Assembly: GCA_963664305.2 (NCBI GenBank)
Contig: CAXXLV010000001.1
Location: 608,001-672,000, forward strand
Source: an uncultured Aliarcobacter sp.
Lineage (GTDB): Bacteria > Campylobacterota > Campylobacteria > Campylobacterales > Arcobacteraceae
Direction: 5' to 3'
DNA: 64,000 nucleotides
Part shown: positions 33,001-46,801 of the stretch, one piece after another
How the letters are laid out: each line of letters starts with the position of its first letter
Numbering within the stretch: position 1 is the first letter of the stretch
Program-made: the position numbers and the translations under genes
The notes under the pieces: model-generated
What the model saw: the letters and a program-made list of their open reading frames with translations, nothing else
Told to the model about the DNA's origin: nothing
Databases searched by the model: none

Positions 33001-33644
33001 TTGAACTTGAAAAAGCATCATTAGGTTTTTATGTTTCTGGACATCCACTTGATGAATATAGAGAACAAATCGATAAAATCAATTATACTTTATCTTCTCA
33101 AATCGATGAACTAGATGACGGAAGCCAAGCTTTATTTGTAGGAAAGATTGAAAATATTACTGAAAAGATATCTAAAAAAGGTAATAAATTTGGAATTGCA
33201 ACAATTATGGATTTCCATGGAACAATAGAACTTATGCTTTTTGAAGATAGATTAAAAGAGTTAAAGGAAGAGTACAATCTAGAAGAACCTATTGCATTTA
33301 AAGTACGAATTTCAAAAGATGAAAATTTTACAAGAATGAATATCTTAAAAATTGAAACTATTTTAGATGCACAAAAAGAGAAAGTAAAAACAAAACAAAA
33401 AGAGATTCAAGAACCACCATTGACTATTGCATTACCTTTTTCAAATGATGAAAATATTATGTATAAACTATTAGAAGTAGTAGTTGAAAATCAAGGAAAA
33501 AGAGAATTAAAACTTCTAATAAAATCAAAATTAGCAGACCTTGAACTTGAAACAGGTTTTAAAGTAACATCAAATATAGAAAATTTAATACATAAAATAG
33601 AAGGAGCCTATATAGTAGATGAAACAGATACTACTAACAAATGA
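30081..33644 (+). CDS. dnaE: DNA polymerase III alpha subunit
   Basis: HLHLHTEFSLLDG, GRGSAAGS, PDIDMDF, GFNKSH; no intein. Confidence 0.98.
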   Translation: MSQIPQFTHLHLHTEFSLLDGANKIKPLAKKVKKMGMTSVAMTDHGNMFGAIAFYNAMRDEGIKPIIGMEAYIHNSDDIGDKTNRQRYHLCLYAKNEVGYKNLMFLSSQAYMHGFYYYPRINKKLLRENSEGLVCSAACLQGEVNWHLNTQNERNVKNGAKGYEEAKKIALEYKEIFGDDFYLEIMRHGISDQHFVDDQILRISQETGIKVVATNDTHYLEQKDADAHEAFMCIAMNKLYDDPNRLRHSVHEFYLKSPEQIAKLYADIPEAIEATQEIADKCNLTIKLGNPTPPNFKFTRQKSAEAGLTLPEPELEYSLENDKILFMHECRMGLEDRLKIVPEERHQEYRDRLEVEIEIINNMKFPGYMLIVWDFVIVAKRMGIPVGPGRGSAAGSLVAFSLKITDIDPIPYGLLFERFLNPERVSMPDIDMDFCQSRRGEIIDYVVQQYGRANVAQIITFGKLLAKGVIRDVARVLDMPYAKADAMAKLIPDELGIDLKNSWEKEPKIKELCEADPQAARVWEYALALEGLNRNAGTHAAGVVISNEPLWKKTPLFKPSGLDTLATQYNGKYVEDVDLIKFDFLGLKTLTVIEEANKLIEQRHGKRVNFITTDVNDKGVYDLIQTGNTIGLFQIESDGMQDLCKRLKPSNFEDVIAVLALYRPGPMESGMLDDFIDRKHGRAEINYFYDEFDGPLRPILETTYGVIVYQEQVMQIVQSIGGFSLGGADLVRRAMGKKIKEEMDRLKGEFAEGGVKKGFVKEHCEELFDLIVKFAGYGFNKSHSAAYALVTFYTSYLKCYYPAEFMAALLTLEKDNTDKVVKYVDEVKRLGLDLFPPDINKSDLVFSAKKIDGKEVVMFGMGAIKGAGDVAIKSILNARNDGPFTDLADFISRIDGSKVNKRVIESLTKAGAFDSFGYSRRALLDQIEKIVETVGKAATAKKMVTGSLFGDSDELTKIDIKLEHLPEFDAKDILELEKASLGFYVSGHPLDEYREQIDKINYTLSSQIDELDDGSQALFVGKIENITEKISKKGNKFGIATIMDFHGTIELMLFEDRLKELKEEYNLEEPIAFKVRISKDENFTRMNILKIETILDAQKEKVKTKQKEIQEPPLTIALPFSNDENIMYKLLEVVVENQGKRELKLLIKSKLADLELETGFKVTSNIENLIHKIEGAYIVDETDTTNK

Positions 33645-34407
33645 TGATGGATTTGATGCTGTTGGATTAAAAGCATTAATTGAGGCTTTAAGTCCAATTG
33701 CAAGAATCATAGTTGTTGCACCAGCTCGTAATAAATCAGCTTGTGGACACTCTTTAACTTTAGATAAACCACTTAGAATGGATTGTTTAAAAGATGACTT
33801 TTATAAAATAGATGATGGAAGTCCGACTGATTGTGTATTTATTTCTATTAGTAATCTATTTAAAGAAGGTTATAAACCTGATTTAGTAATAAGTGGAATA
33901 AATATTGGTGCAAACATGGGTGAAGATATAACTTACAGTGGAACAGCAGCTGGTGCAATGGAAGCAGTAATTCATGGAGTACCAGCAATTGCAATTTCTC
34001 AAGTTTGCCGTGATAGATGTCAGGACATACAAAATAATTGGGATTTTGAATTAGCAAAAAAGACTATTGTAGAACTTGTTACAAAAATTTTTAATAACAA
34101 TTTTCCATTAGATGAAAGAAAGTTTTTAAATGTTAATATTCCACCAATCAAAGCTAACGAATGTAATGGAATAAAAGTTACAAAAGCTGGATATAGAGAA
34201 TATGGTAATGATACACATAGACATCTAAATCCAAGAGGAGAAGAGTTTTATTGGATTGGTTTGCATCCATTAATTTGGAAAGAATCACAAAAAAAAGATT
34301 GCGACTTTGAAGCAATAAAAGCTAATTATGTATCAATTACACCTATTATGCTTGATATGACTTCTTATAATGATATAAAATCAATAGAAAATTGGTTAAC
34401 TAAATAA
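33619..34407 (+). CDS. surE: 5'/3'-nucleotidase SurE
   Basis: LTNDDG, SGINIGANMG, YSGT. Confidence 0.96.
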   Translation: MKQILLTNDDGFDAVGLKALIEALSPIARIIVVAPARNKSACGHSLTLDKPLRMDCLKDDFYKIDDGSPTDCVFISISNLFKEGYKPDLVISGINIGANMGEDITYSGTAAGAMEAVIHGVPAIAISQVCRDRCQDIQNNWDFELAKKTIVELVTKIFNNNFPLDERKFLNVNIPPIKANECNGIKVTKAGYREYGNDTHRHLNPRGEEFYWIGLHPLIWKESQKKDCDFEAIKANYVSITPIMLDMTSYNDIKSIENWLTK

Positions 34408-34418
34408 AAGGGAATTTT

Positions 34419-34682
34419 ATGAATTTTACAGAATCTTTATTAAAACATATCGATAAACTTGTTGGAATGTTAAGACCAGAAGATGAATTACAAGATGTTT
34501 TAAAAAGGAAATTTACAAAAAAAGAGTATAAAGTTTTTGTAGCTTTTGAAGATGGAAAATCAATTGAGGAGATAAAATCTTTAGTAAAAGAAGATGAAGA
34601 AAAAATCAATGAACATTATAAAGTTGCAAAAAAGAAATTAAATCAAGAAAAATTTAAAAAAGAGTTAGTATCTTTTGAATAA
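34419..34682 (+). CDS. Small protein with degenerate LuxR/sigma70-r4-like HTH
   Basis: FTKKEYKVFVAFEDGKSIEEI...H...KKKL pattern; AAGGGA RBS. Confidence 0.6.
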   Translation: MNFTESLLKHIDKLVGMLRPEDELQDVLKRKFTKKEYKVFVAFEDGKSIEEIKSLVKEDEEKINEHYKVAKKKLNQEKFKKELVSFE

Positions 34683-34693
34683 AGATACTAACT
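34663..34693. terminator. Bidirectional hairpin between convergent genes
   Basis: AGTTAGTATCTTT-TGAAT-AAAGATACTAACT. Confidence 0.6.
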
Positions 34694-34956
34694 TATAAAA
34701 CCATTTTTATATTAGAGTGATCGCCTAACATTTTAAAAATTTCTTTTCTATCATCTTCATTATGAACTAACATCTCTAATGTATAGCTTTTATATTTACC
34801 TTTACTACTAACTTTAGATTCTTTTACTTTATGTTCTCTATTTGAAATAATCTCAACAACAGTTGTTTTAATATTAATATGTTCTAAAACAATTAATTTG
34901 TATTCCCAATTACATGGATAATCTAACTCTAATTTTTCTTTACTTAAATCTATCAT
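34693..34956 (-). CDS. DUF493/YbeD-like (HP0495 family) protein
   Basis: LDYPCNWEYKLI...SSKGKYKSY. Confidence 0.85.
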   Translation of the reverse strand: MIDLSKEKLELDYPCNWEYKLIVLEHINIKTTVVEIISNREHKVKESKVSSKGKYKSYTLEMLVHNEDDRKEIFKMLGDHSNIKMVL

Positions 34957-34958
34957 AT

Positions 34959-35432
34959 TTACTCTCTTATAAAATCTCCACTTTTTCCACCTGATTTACT
35001 TTCTAATTGAATATTAGAAATAATCATTGATTTATCAATTGCTTTAACCATATCATAAATTGTTAATAAACCAATAGATACACCAGTTAATGCTTCCATT
35101 TCAACTCCTGTTTGTCCATTTAGCTTAGCTGTTACAATCAATTTAAATCCTGGTTTACTTGGTTGTTCTTCAATATCACAATTGATACCACTTAATAATA
35201 AAGGATGACACATAGGAATTAAATCAGATGTTTTTTTAACACCCATAATTGCTGCAATTACTGCTGTTTGTAAAACAGGGCCTTTCTTTGTGTTATTTGA
35301 AATTATTGCATCATATGCCTCTTGAGACATTTTTATCTCACCAGAAGCTATTGCAACTCTTTTTGTTTCATTTTTATCTGATACATCAACCATTTTCGGT
35401 CTATTGTTATTATCTAAATGAGTTAATTCCAA
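34959..35432 (-). CDS. moaC: Cyclic pyranopterin monophosphate synthase
   Basis: [37 protein letters not shown]. Confidence 0.97.
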   Translation of the reverse strand: MELTHLDNNNRPKMVDVSDKNETKRVAIASGEIKMSQEAYDAIISNNTKKGPVLQTAVIAAIMGVKKTSDLIPMCHPLLLSGINCDIEEQPSKPGFKLIVTAKLNGQTGVEMEALTGVSIGLLTIYDMVKAIDKSMIISNIQLESKSGGKSGDFIRE

Positions 35433-35542
35433 AATTATCCTTTATATTAAAAGTTTATTTTATTCAAATATAAGTTAAATAAGAATTAAGTAAACTTTAA
35501 ATATAATCAGCTCCTAAATTTAAAAAGAAAGAGGGTGATTAC

Positions 35543-35755
35543 ATGCCTGGTATTAAAGTTAAAGATACTGAATCTTTCGATGAAGCGTATAGAAGATTTA
35601 AAAAGCAATGTGACAGAAACTTAATCGTTACTGAAACAAGAGCTAGAAGATATTTTGAACCTATGACTGAAATCAGAAAAAAACAAAAAATTTCTGCTAG
35701 AAAGAAAATGCTTAAAAGATTATATATGCTTAGAAGATACGAGTCTAGACTGTAG
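35543..35755 (+). CDS. rpsU: 30S ribosomal protein S21
   Basis: [13 protein letters not shown]...RRYFEP. Confidence 0.97.
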   Translation: MPGIKVKDTESFDEAYRRFKKQCDRNLIVTETRARRYFEPMTEIRKKQKISARKKMLKRLYMLRRYESRL

Positions 35756-35773
35756 TATTAAAGCATATCGCTT

Positions 35774-35803
35774 AAAGGTTCGATTTTTATCGAACCTTTT
35801 TTT
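35774..35803 (+). terminator. Intrinsic terminator of rpsU
   Basis: AAAGGTTCGAT-TTTT-ATCGAACCTTT followed by a T tract. Confidence 0.8.
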
Positions 35804-36085
35804 ATGTCTATATTATCTCCAAATCATCAATGTTTACTAATTTTATCTTTAACATCAATTTATAACTTTTATTTTAATCATTTTATATCCAATCAAAAAA
35901 CACGCAAATAAATCAAGCCGTAAACAAAGAGAAAGCTAAGAAGTATATTTTGAAGTAAGAATACAAATAATTAAAAAAAGAGCCCTTGTAAGCCAATTAT
36001 TGATTAATAAAAGATACTTGTATTATATATTAACAGTAACTCAAACAAGAACTAAAAAAAAGAGATAAGGCGAGAGAAGCGGGGT

Positions 36086-36148
36086 AAAAAAAAAGCTTCT
36101 GCTAAAAAGAACTTAAAGAAGTTCAAATTAGCAAAAGCTTTGAAAAAA
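36086..36148 (-). terminator. rRNA operon terminator
   Basis: Hairpin AAAGCTTCTGCTAA...TTAGCAAAAGCTTT followed by a U tract on the minus strand. Confidence 0.6.
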
Positions 36149-36156
36149 ACTCAAGA

Positions 36157-36272
36157 GCTGGCAGCGGCCTACGTTTCCACCAGGGGACCCGGCAGTATTA
36201 TCGGCGATGAAGTGCTTGACTTCCAGGTTCGGAATGGGACTGGGTATTTCCACTTCTCTATAGCCACCAGCA
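36157..36272 (-). rRNA. rrf: 5S rRNA
   Basis: Conserved CCCATTCCGAAC and GCCGATAATACTG; terminal helix pairs. Confidence 0.95.
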
Positions 36273-36420
36273 AAGTTGAGTAAAGAAGATATTATAAAAA
36301 ATATACTCTTCACTCAACTCGTTTAGGAGTTAAGAAAAAATAATGTTAAAGTCTTTTCACAATATATACTAAATATAAGAAATATATTTAATAAGATAGT
36401 AAACCAAAGAATTGTTTAAA

Positions 36421-39328
<2,908 letters not shown>

Positions 39329-39627
39329 TAATAAATAGAGTTAAACTCTATCGCTTTTTGATAATATTCTTTGGCTACTATCTTATTAAACATATTATTT
39401 AAAATATATCCAATAAAATAATGTTGTGTTCTATCTAATTTCTTAGATATGAAATTTTTTTTGTTTTAAATTATTTAACATTTCTGTTATCTAATTCTTA
39501 CGAAAAAATTAAAGACTTTAACATTATATTTTTAAATATCGTTTTGATTTTGAAAATCAAATATAAATTCAATCTCTTATTGAACTTATATTTAACTTTT
39601 AAATCAGATGAACTTATTAGTTATAGG

Positions 39628-39703
39628 TGGTGGAGAATAGCGGGATCGAACCGCTGACCTCCTGCGTGCAAAGCAGGCGCTCTCCCAGCTGAGCTAATTC
39701 CCC
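39628..39703 (-). tRNA. tRNA-Ala(TGC)
   Basis: GGGGAATTAGCTCAG...TTTGCAC...GTTCGATCC...CCA, 76 nt. Confidence 0.97.
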
Positions 39704-39734
39704 AACCTAAATTAATCTTTACTAGATTATTTAA

Positions 39735-39811
39735 TGGTGGGCCTATCAGGACTTGAACCTGAGACCTCACGATTATCAGTCGAGCGCTCTAGCCAGCTGA
39801 GCTATAGGCCC
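39735..39811 (-). tRNA. tRNA-Ile(GAT)
   Basis: GGGCCTATAGCTCAG...CTGATAA...GTTCAAGTCC...CCA, 77 nt. Confidence 0.97.
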
Positions 39812-39891
39812 CTTTACTACCTATTTAAATAATCTTTATAAACCGAATATAAAATCTCTGGAAGTAAGAAACGAATCTTACTTCTCTCTCT

Positions 39892-41410
<1,519 letters not shown>

Positions 41411-41614
41411 TTATAGAGTTTTTGAAACTGACAAATTTTATAACTCTTCAATTACAAAATTATCACTCAAATTTTATAGACAAGATTTGTTTTACCAAAT
41501 TTCTTGTTTTTATATTTTTTAACATTTATTCTTATTTTAAATCTAAATAAACATAGATTTTTTATAAGAGTTCTATATTCGGTTTATAAAGATTACTTTA
41601 CAAACTTTCATTCA

Positions 41615-41627
41615 TTTTTAAAGATCA
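41615..41627 (-). promoter_or_regulatory. boxA-like antitermination element
   Basis: TGATCTTTAAAAA in the rRNA leader. Confidence 0.6.
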
Positions 41628-41696
41628 TTCCAGACTCGATTGAATCGTATCTCTTCAAGCTTTTCGTTTGAAGCGTTCCAGTCAAATTGGACGGGA

Positions 41697-41725
41697 ATTA
41701 TAATAGATTTTTATCCACTTGTCAA
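41697..41725 (-). promoter_or_regulatory. rRNA operon sigma70 promoter
   Basis: TTGACA-17 nt-TATAAT, perfect consensus. Confidence 0.85.
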
Positions 41726-41949
41726 TACCCTACACCTAAAATGTAGCTTAAATTTTGAAATTTCTGCTCTTTTTTCTCTTTTTACTTGTTTTTTGTGATT
41801 TTTACTTGTTTTTATTAGGGTATTTGTTATTTTATGTTATTTATTAATCATCTATTTACTTTTCTTGTCTAATATATATGCTTAAATATAACTATAATAT
41901 TTCAGAACATATGTTATATTATTAGTAAATTATAAAAAAGGAAAGAAAA

Positions 41950-42651
41950 ATGTATAATAGAGATTATCTATCAAATCAATCATCTCAATATGCACAAGAA
42001 TCATCTCAAGTTCAATTAATGAGCTTTTTAAAAGCAACTTATCAATTATTTGCTGGTTCATTATTAGCAGCAACTGCTGGTGCTTATATTGGATTAGGAA
42101 TTGTTTCTATATTAATGGGACCAATGAAATGGGTTCTTTTTGCAATTGAGCTTGGATTAATATTTTTTGTTATTCCAAGAGTAAAACATACTCCAGGTGT
42201 TAATTTAGCTGTACTATTTGCATTTACATTTATTACAGGATTAACAATTGCTCCTTTATTAGCTTCAATTTTTGCAATGCCTAGTGGTGCATCTATTGTT
42301 GGTCAAGCATTTTTAATGACATCTGTTGCATTCGGTGGAATTTCAATGTTCGCAATGACAACTAAAAGAGATTTTTCTGCTATGGGGAAATTTTTATTTA
42401 TTGCTTTAATCATTATGATTGTTGCTGGTATCTCAAATATCTTCATTCAATCTTCAATGATGCAATTAGCAATTGCAAGTGTTGGTGCATTATTATTCTC
42501 TGCATTCATATTATATGATACACAAAACATTATCAAAGGTAATTATGATTCACCTATTGAAGCAGCATTATCTTTATATTTAGATTTCTTTAATCTATTT
42601 ATTTCATTATTACAAATTCTTGGAATTATGAATAGTGGAGATAGAGAGTAA
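41950..42651 (+). CDS. Bax inhibitor-1/YccA family membrane protein
   Basis: About 7 TM helices; FILYDTQNI, ALSLYLDFFNLFISLLQI. Confidence 0.92.
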   Translation: MYNRDYLSNQSSQYAQESSQVQLMSFLKATYQLFAGSLLAATAGAYIGLGIVSILMGPMKWVLFAIELGLIFFVIPRVKHTPGVNLAVLFAFTFITGLTIAPLLASIFAMPSGASIVGQAFLMTSVAFGGISMFAMTTKRDFSAMGKFLFIALIIMIVAGISNIFIQSSMMQLAIASVGALLFSAFILYDTQNIIKGNYDSPIEAALSLYLDFFNLFISLLQILGIMNSGDRE

Positions 42652-42676
42652 GACTTTTTGTCTTACTCCATTTTTG

Positions 42677-43078
42677 ATGACAAATACTTTAAGACTTATT
42701 GACGCTAATTTAAATAGATTACGAGAAGGTATTCGAGTAGTTGAAGATATCTTTAGATATATGTACAATGATAAAGAAACTGCTTTAAAATTAAAATCTC
42801 TTAGACATTTAGCAAGATTAGACAACTATATAGAATTACTTGAAACAAGAGATGTAAAAAATGATGTTTTAAGAAGTTCAATAAAAAGTGAACAGAATCG
42901 AACTGATTTATACTCAATATTAATTGCAAATTTTAAAAGAGCGCAAGAAAGTGCTAGAGTTTTAGAAGAATTTACAAAATTAACTTCAATAAAAGATAGT
43001 GAAAATTTCAAATATATAAGATATGAACTTTATAATTTAGAAATTGTTTTAACAAAAATCACTTCAAATTCTAAATAA
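42677..43078 (+). CDS. Stand-alone ThiD2-like protein (N-terminal domain of long-form ThiE)
   Basis: RLIDANLNRLREGIRVVED, RDVKND, NFKRAQESARVLEE, RYELY; start moved to ATG 42677. Confidence 0.8.
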   Translation: MTNTLRLIDANLNRLREGIRVVEDIFRYMYNDKETALKLKSLRHLARLDNYIELLETRDVKNDVLRSSIKSEQNRTDLYSILIANFKRAQESARVLEEFTKLTSIKDSENFKYIRYELYNLEIVLTKITSNSK

Positions 43079-43722
43079 TTGTAAGGATACTCTTTATATA
43101 GTTTTTTAGAATCACTATAAGAAAGAGATTTTTCTCCACTTACACCTGATTTTTTTATATAATCAAATAAATCTTTTTTATTATCAAATTCTAATTTATA
43201 TAATATAGTTTCAAATTCACAATTAAAAAATTTTGAAAAAGCATTTTTTATAGAATCTTCATCTAATATAGGTGATTTAGTATTTGTAATTTCCTGAATT
43301 GTTTTAAATGTATTTGATGTAAATAAAACTGCATTAATTTCTTTAGTAATATATGAAAGCTGTTCTATTATTTTTGCTAAATTATTTGACCATTGAAGAG
43401 CTGAAGATGACAATACAATATCATAACTGTCATTTTTAATTTCATTTATAAAGTCTTGTGTATCAAAATTTAAACATTTAACTTCGATATTATCTGCTTT
43501 TGGATGTAATTCACACATTGAAGATGAAGCATCTATTGCTTTATAAAATTCAACTTCCCATGAAATGTGATTAAAAACCTGACCTGAACCACAACCTAAT
43601 TCTAAAATTCTTTTTGGTTGAAATTTTAATTCACGAACAAGAGACTTTGCAACAATTTGTTGAATAATATTATGATTTTTATACTCGTTTGCATATTTTG
43701 AGAATTGATTTTTTACTGACAA
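43030..43722 (-). CDS. SAM-dependent methyltransferase, BioC-like
   Basis: ILELGCGSG, SSSALQW. Confidence 0.8.
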   Translation of the reverse strand: MSVKNQFSKYANEYKNHNIIQQIVAKSLVRELKFQPKRILELGCGSGQVFNHISWEVEFYKAIDASSSMCELHPKADNIEVKCLNFDTQDFINEIKNDSYDIVLSSSALQWSNNLAKIIEQLSYITKEINAVLFTSNTFKTIQEITNTKSPILDEDSIKNAFSKFFNCEFETILYKLEFDNKKDLFDYIKKSGVSGEKSLSYSDSKKLYKEYPYNYLEFEVIFVKTISKL

Positions 43723-43829
43723 TTTTACTCTTTATAAAATGACTGAAATCATGTTTTAAAATTCATTTTAACTTAATTTTAATAAGTATTAGATAAAATG
43801 ATTACCATTTTTTAAAAAGGAAATAGATA

Positions 43830-44183
43830 ATGACATCTACACTTTTAATCGTTCAGTTTGTTTTAGCTATCTTATTGACTATAATCATTTTACTTCAAAA
43901 AAGCTCAAGCATTGGTCTTGGAGCATATAGTGGAAGTAATGATTCATTATTTGGTGCTAAAGGTCCAGCAAATTTCTTAACAAAAGCTACAATGGCTTTA
44001 GGATTAGTTTTTGTTATAAATACTGTTGCATTAGGATATTTATATAATCAACAAAGAAATCAAAGTGCTGTTGACTCAATTAAAACTGATTCTTTAATTC
44101 CAGCTACTCCAGTAACAACAACTGGTTCAGCTCCTGCTGCTCCAACAGCCGCTCCTGTTCCAACAGCTCCTGAAAATAAATAA
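43830..44183 (+). CDS. secG: Preprotein translocase SecG
   Basis: LLQKSSSIGLGAYSGSNDSLFGAKGPANFL. Confidence 0.95.
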   Translation: MTSTLLIVQFVLAILLTIIILLQKSSSIGLGAYSGSNDSLFGAKGPANFLTKATMALGLVFVINTVALGYLYNQQRNQSAVDSIKTDSLIPATPVTTTGSAPAAPTAAPVPTAPENK

Positions 44184-44201
44184 TACAAAGAATAAAGAAA
44201 T

Positions 44202-45143
44202 ATGAAGTATTTCTTACTTCTTTGTTTATCTTATCTCTATTTAAATGCAAATTCCCATATTTTTGTTTACCATCGATTTGGTGATTCAAAACATGAAAGT
44301 ACAAATACATCTTTACAAGAATTAGAAAAAGAATTTGAATATTTCAAAACTAATAATTATAAAGTAGTAACTGTTTCAAAAATTGTTGAGAAACTAAAGA
44401 ATAAAGAAGAAATACCAGATAATTGGATTGCATTTACAATTGATGATGCCTATAAAAGTTTTTATCAAAATGGTTTAGAATTATTTAAAAGATATAACTA
44501 TCCTTTTACTCTTTTTGTTTATGTTGAAGCTACTCAAAATAAATATCCTGATTTTATGACTTGGGATGAAATAAAAGAAGCTTCAAAATATGGAGAGATT
44601 GAACTTCACTCATATTCACATAAACAACTTGTAAAATTAACTAATGAAGAAATTACTAAAGATACTAATTTAGCATTAGAAATATTTGAAAAGAATTTAG
44701 GATTTAAACCAAAAGCATACTCTTATCCTTATGGTGAATATGATGATAGAGTAAAAAATGAGATAAAAAATTTTGGTTTTGAATATATTATGAATCAAAA
44801 TAATGGTTCAGTAAATGAAAAAAGTGATTTATTCGATTTAAATAGAATAGCACTTGTTGGAAAAATAAATTTAGAAGAGAAGATTAAATATAAAACTCTT
44901 GAAGCAAAGTGGATAGAACCTCAAGTTTATCCAAAAGATGGAATACTAAAACATGTAAAAGTTGAAGTAAATAAAGATATAAAAGATGCAAAATTGTTTA
45001 TATCAACTTATGGATGGCAAGATATCAAAGTTAAAAATGGTATAATAGATATCAAATTAGATAAAAAACTAAATCTAAATAGAAATAGAATAGCTATAAG
45101 TACTGACTATTACACTATTTCAAATAAATTACTAATCAAATAA
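44202..45143 (+). CDS. Polysaccharide deacetylase family protein
   Basis: YHRF, FTIDDAY, HSYSH, SYPYG. Confidence 0.9.
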   Translation: MKYFLLLCLSYLYLNANSHIFVYHRFGDSKHESTNTSLQELEKEFEYFKTNNYKVVTVSKIVEKLKNKEEIPDNWIAFTIDDAYKSFYQNGLELFKRYNYPFTLFVYVEATQNKYPDFMTWDEIKEASKYGEIELHSYSHKQLVKLTNEEITKDTNLALEIFEKNLGFKPKAYSYPYGEYDDRVKNEIKNFGFEYIMNQNNGSVNEKSDLFDLNRIALVGKINLEEKIKYKTLEAKWIEPQVYPKDGILKHVKVEVNKDIKDAKLFISTYGWQDIKVKNGIIDIKLDKKLNLNRNRIAISTDYYTISNKLLIK

Positions 45144-45153
45144 AGGAGAATAA

Positions 45154-45711
45154 ATGTTAGAAGAAGTATATGCTCAAACTAAAGAACATATGGACAAAGC
45201 TATCGATGCATTAAAAAGAGATTACAAATCTTTAAGAACGGGAAAAGTTAGCACAAATATTTTAGATGGTATTAAAGTTGATTATTATGGAACACCTACT
45301 GATTTAAGTCAAGTTGGTTCTGTTTTAGCACCAGATGCTACAACAATTACTATCAGCCCTTGGGAAAAGAATCTTTTAGGACCAATTGAAAAAGCTATTC
45401 AAACTGCAAATATTGGTGTTAATCCAAATAATGATGGTGTAATTATTAAACTATTCTTCCCACCAATGACTGTTGAACAAAGACAAGAAACAGCTAAACA
45501 AGCTAAAGGTATGACTGATCATGCAAAAGTTGCAATTAGAAATATCAGACAAAACTCTAATACAAAAATCAAAAATCTATTAAAAGATAAAGCAATTACT
45601 GAAGATGAAAGTAAAAAAGCTCAAGATGAAATCCAAAAAATTACTGACTCTTATGTTTCAAAAGCTGATGATACATTCAAAGCTAAAGAAGCTGAAATTT
45701 TAAAAGTATAA
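45154..45711 (+). CDS. frr: Ribosome recycling factor
   Basis: [18 protein letters not shown]. Confidence 0.97.
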   Translation: MLEEVYAQTKEHMDKAIDALKRDYKSLRTGKVSTNILDGIKVDYYGTPTDLSQVGSVLAPDATTITISPWEKNLLGPIEKAIQTANIGVNPNNDGVIIKLFFPPMTVEQRQETAKQAKGMTDHAKVAIRNIRQNSNTKIKNLLKDKAITEDESKKAQDEIQKITDSYVSKADDTFKAKEAEILKV

Positions 45712-45713
45712 TT

Positions 45714-46322
45714 ATGAACGTAGAACAAATATATAAAGACGCTTCTGCCCTACTTGAAGGTCACTTTAAATTAAGTAGTGGAAATCATTCAAAATTTTAT
45801 TTACAATCTGCAAAAGTTTTAGAAGATCCTAAAACTGCTAAATTATTAGCTGATGCACTTGCAGAACAAATAAAAAAATCTGGATTAAAAATTGATGCTG
45901 TTTGTTCTCCTGCACTTGGTGGACTAATTGCTGGATTTGCACTTGCAACTGCACTTGATGTAAGATTTATTTTTGCTGAACGAGCTGATGGTGAAATGAC
46001 TATTAGAAGAGGTTTTGAAGTAAAAGAAGGTGAAACTTATATCGTTTGTGAAGATATTATCACAACTGGTGGAAGCGCACTTGAAGCTGCACGTGAAATC
46101 GAAAAAGCTGGTGGAATTGTAGTTGCTTATGCTGCTTTAGCAAATAGAGGTTTCTGTGAAAGAGTTGGAAGTTCTATTGAAAGAAAAGACAACTGTAAAT
46201 TACCTTTAGATAAACCACTTTTTGCTTTAGAAGATTTTGCATTTGAGATGTATTCTCCTGAAGAGTGTCCTATGTGTAAAGAAGGAAGTGTTGCTTACAA
46301 ACCAGGAAGCAGAGGAAACTAA
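45714..46322 (+). CDS. pyrE: Orotate phosphoribosyltransferase
   Basis: [12 protein letters not shown] motif [11 protein letters not shown]. Confidence 0.95.
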   Translation: MNVEQIYKDASALLEGHFKLSSGNHSKFYLQSAKVLEDPKTAKLLADALAEQIKKSGLKIDAVCSPALGGLIAGFALATALDVRFIFAERADGEMTIRRGFEVKEGETYIVCEDIITTGGSALEAAREIEKAGGIVVAYAALANRGFCERVGSSIERKDNCKLPLDKPLFALEDFAFEMYSPEECPMCKEGSVAYKPGSRGN

Positions 46323-46801
46323 TGTCTAAATGGAGAGATGTAAAACATAATAAAGTTCAAAATAAAACAAACGAACTTAAAACTAAATCATTAAAAAGTG
46401 ATTTAACATCTCTTCCTTCTAGATTTAAAGCATTTTTAACAGATGCTTTTTTGATTACAACTCCCATCACATACATTGTTATGTATCTAATTTTAGGTGG
46501 AGGTTCTGCCTTTGCTGAAAATAGAGTTTTAGGTTGGAGTCTGATTTTAGGTGTTAGTGCATTTATAATTATCTTTTTTTGGTATGTAAAATCTCAAACA
46601 CCTGGAATGAAAGCTTATGGAATGAAAATAGTTAATTCTTTAACAAAACAAAGAGTTTCATTTTTTCAAGTTTTTATTAGATATTTTGCAACACTATTTG
46701 CAATTATCTCTTTCTTCTTACTTTTTGTTCCTTATTTCAACAAAGATAAAAAAACTTTTCAAGATATAATTTCTAACACTACTATAATTAACGAAAAATA
46801 A
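46322..46801 (+). CDS. RDD family membrane protein
   Basis: RFKAFLTD, QTPGMK, FQDIISNT. Confidence 0.88.
   Translation: MSKWRDVKHNKVQNKTNELKTKSLKSDLTSLPSRFKAFLTDAFLITTPITYIVMYLILGGGSAFAENRVLGWSLILGVSAFIIIFFWYVKSQTPGMKAYGMKIVNSLTKQRVSFFQVFIRYFATLFAIISFFLLFVPYFNKDKKTFQDIISNTTIINEK

Noticed and set aside
30081..33644. Intein or split in dnaE
   Set aside because: Continuous ORF of normal length with no intein motifs seen
35804..36085. Possible sRNA or small ORF between rpsU and 5S
   Set aside because: No convincing ORF, structure or known RNA motif recognised
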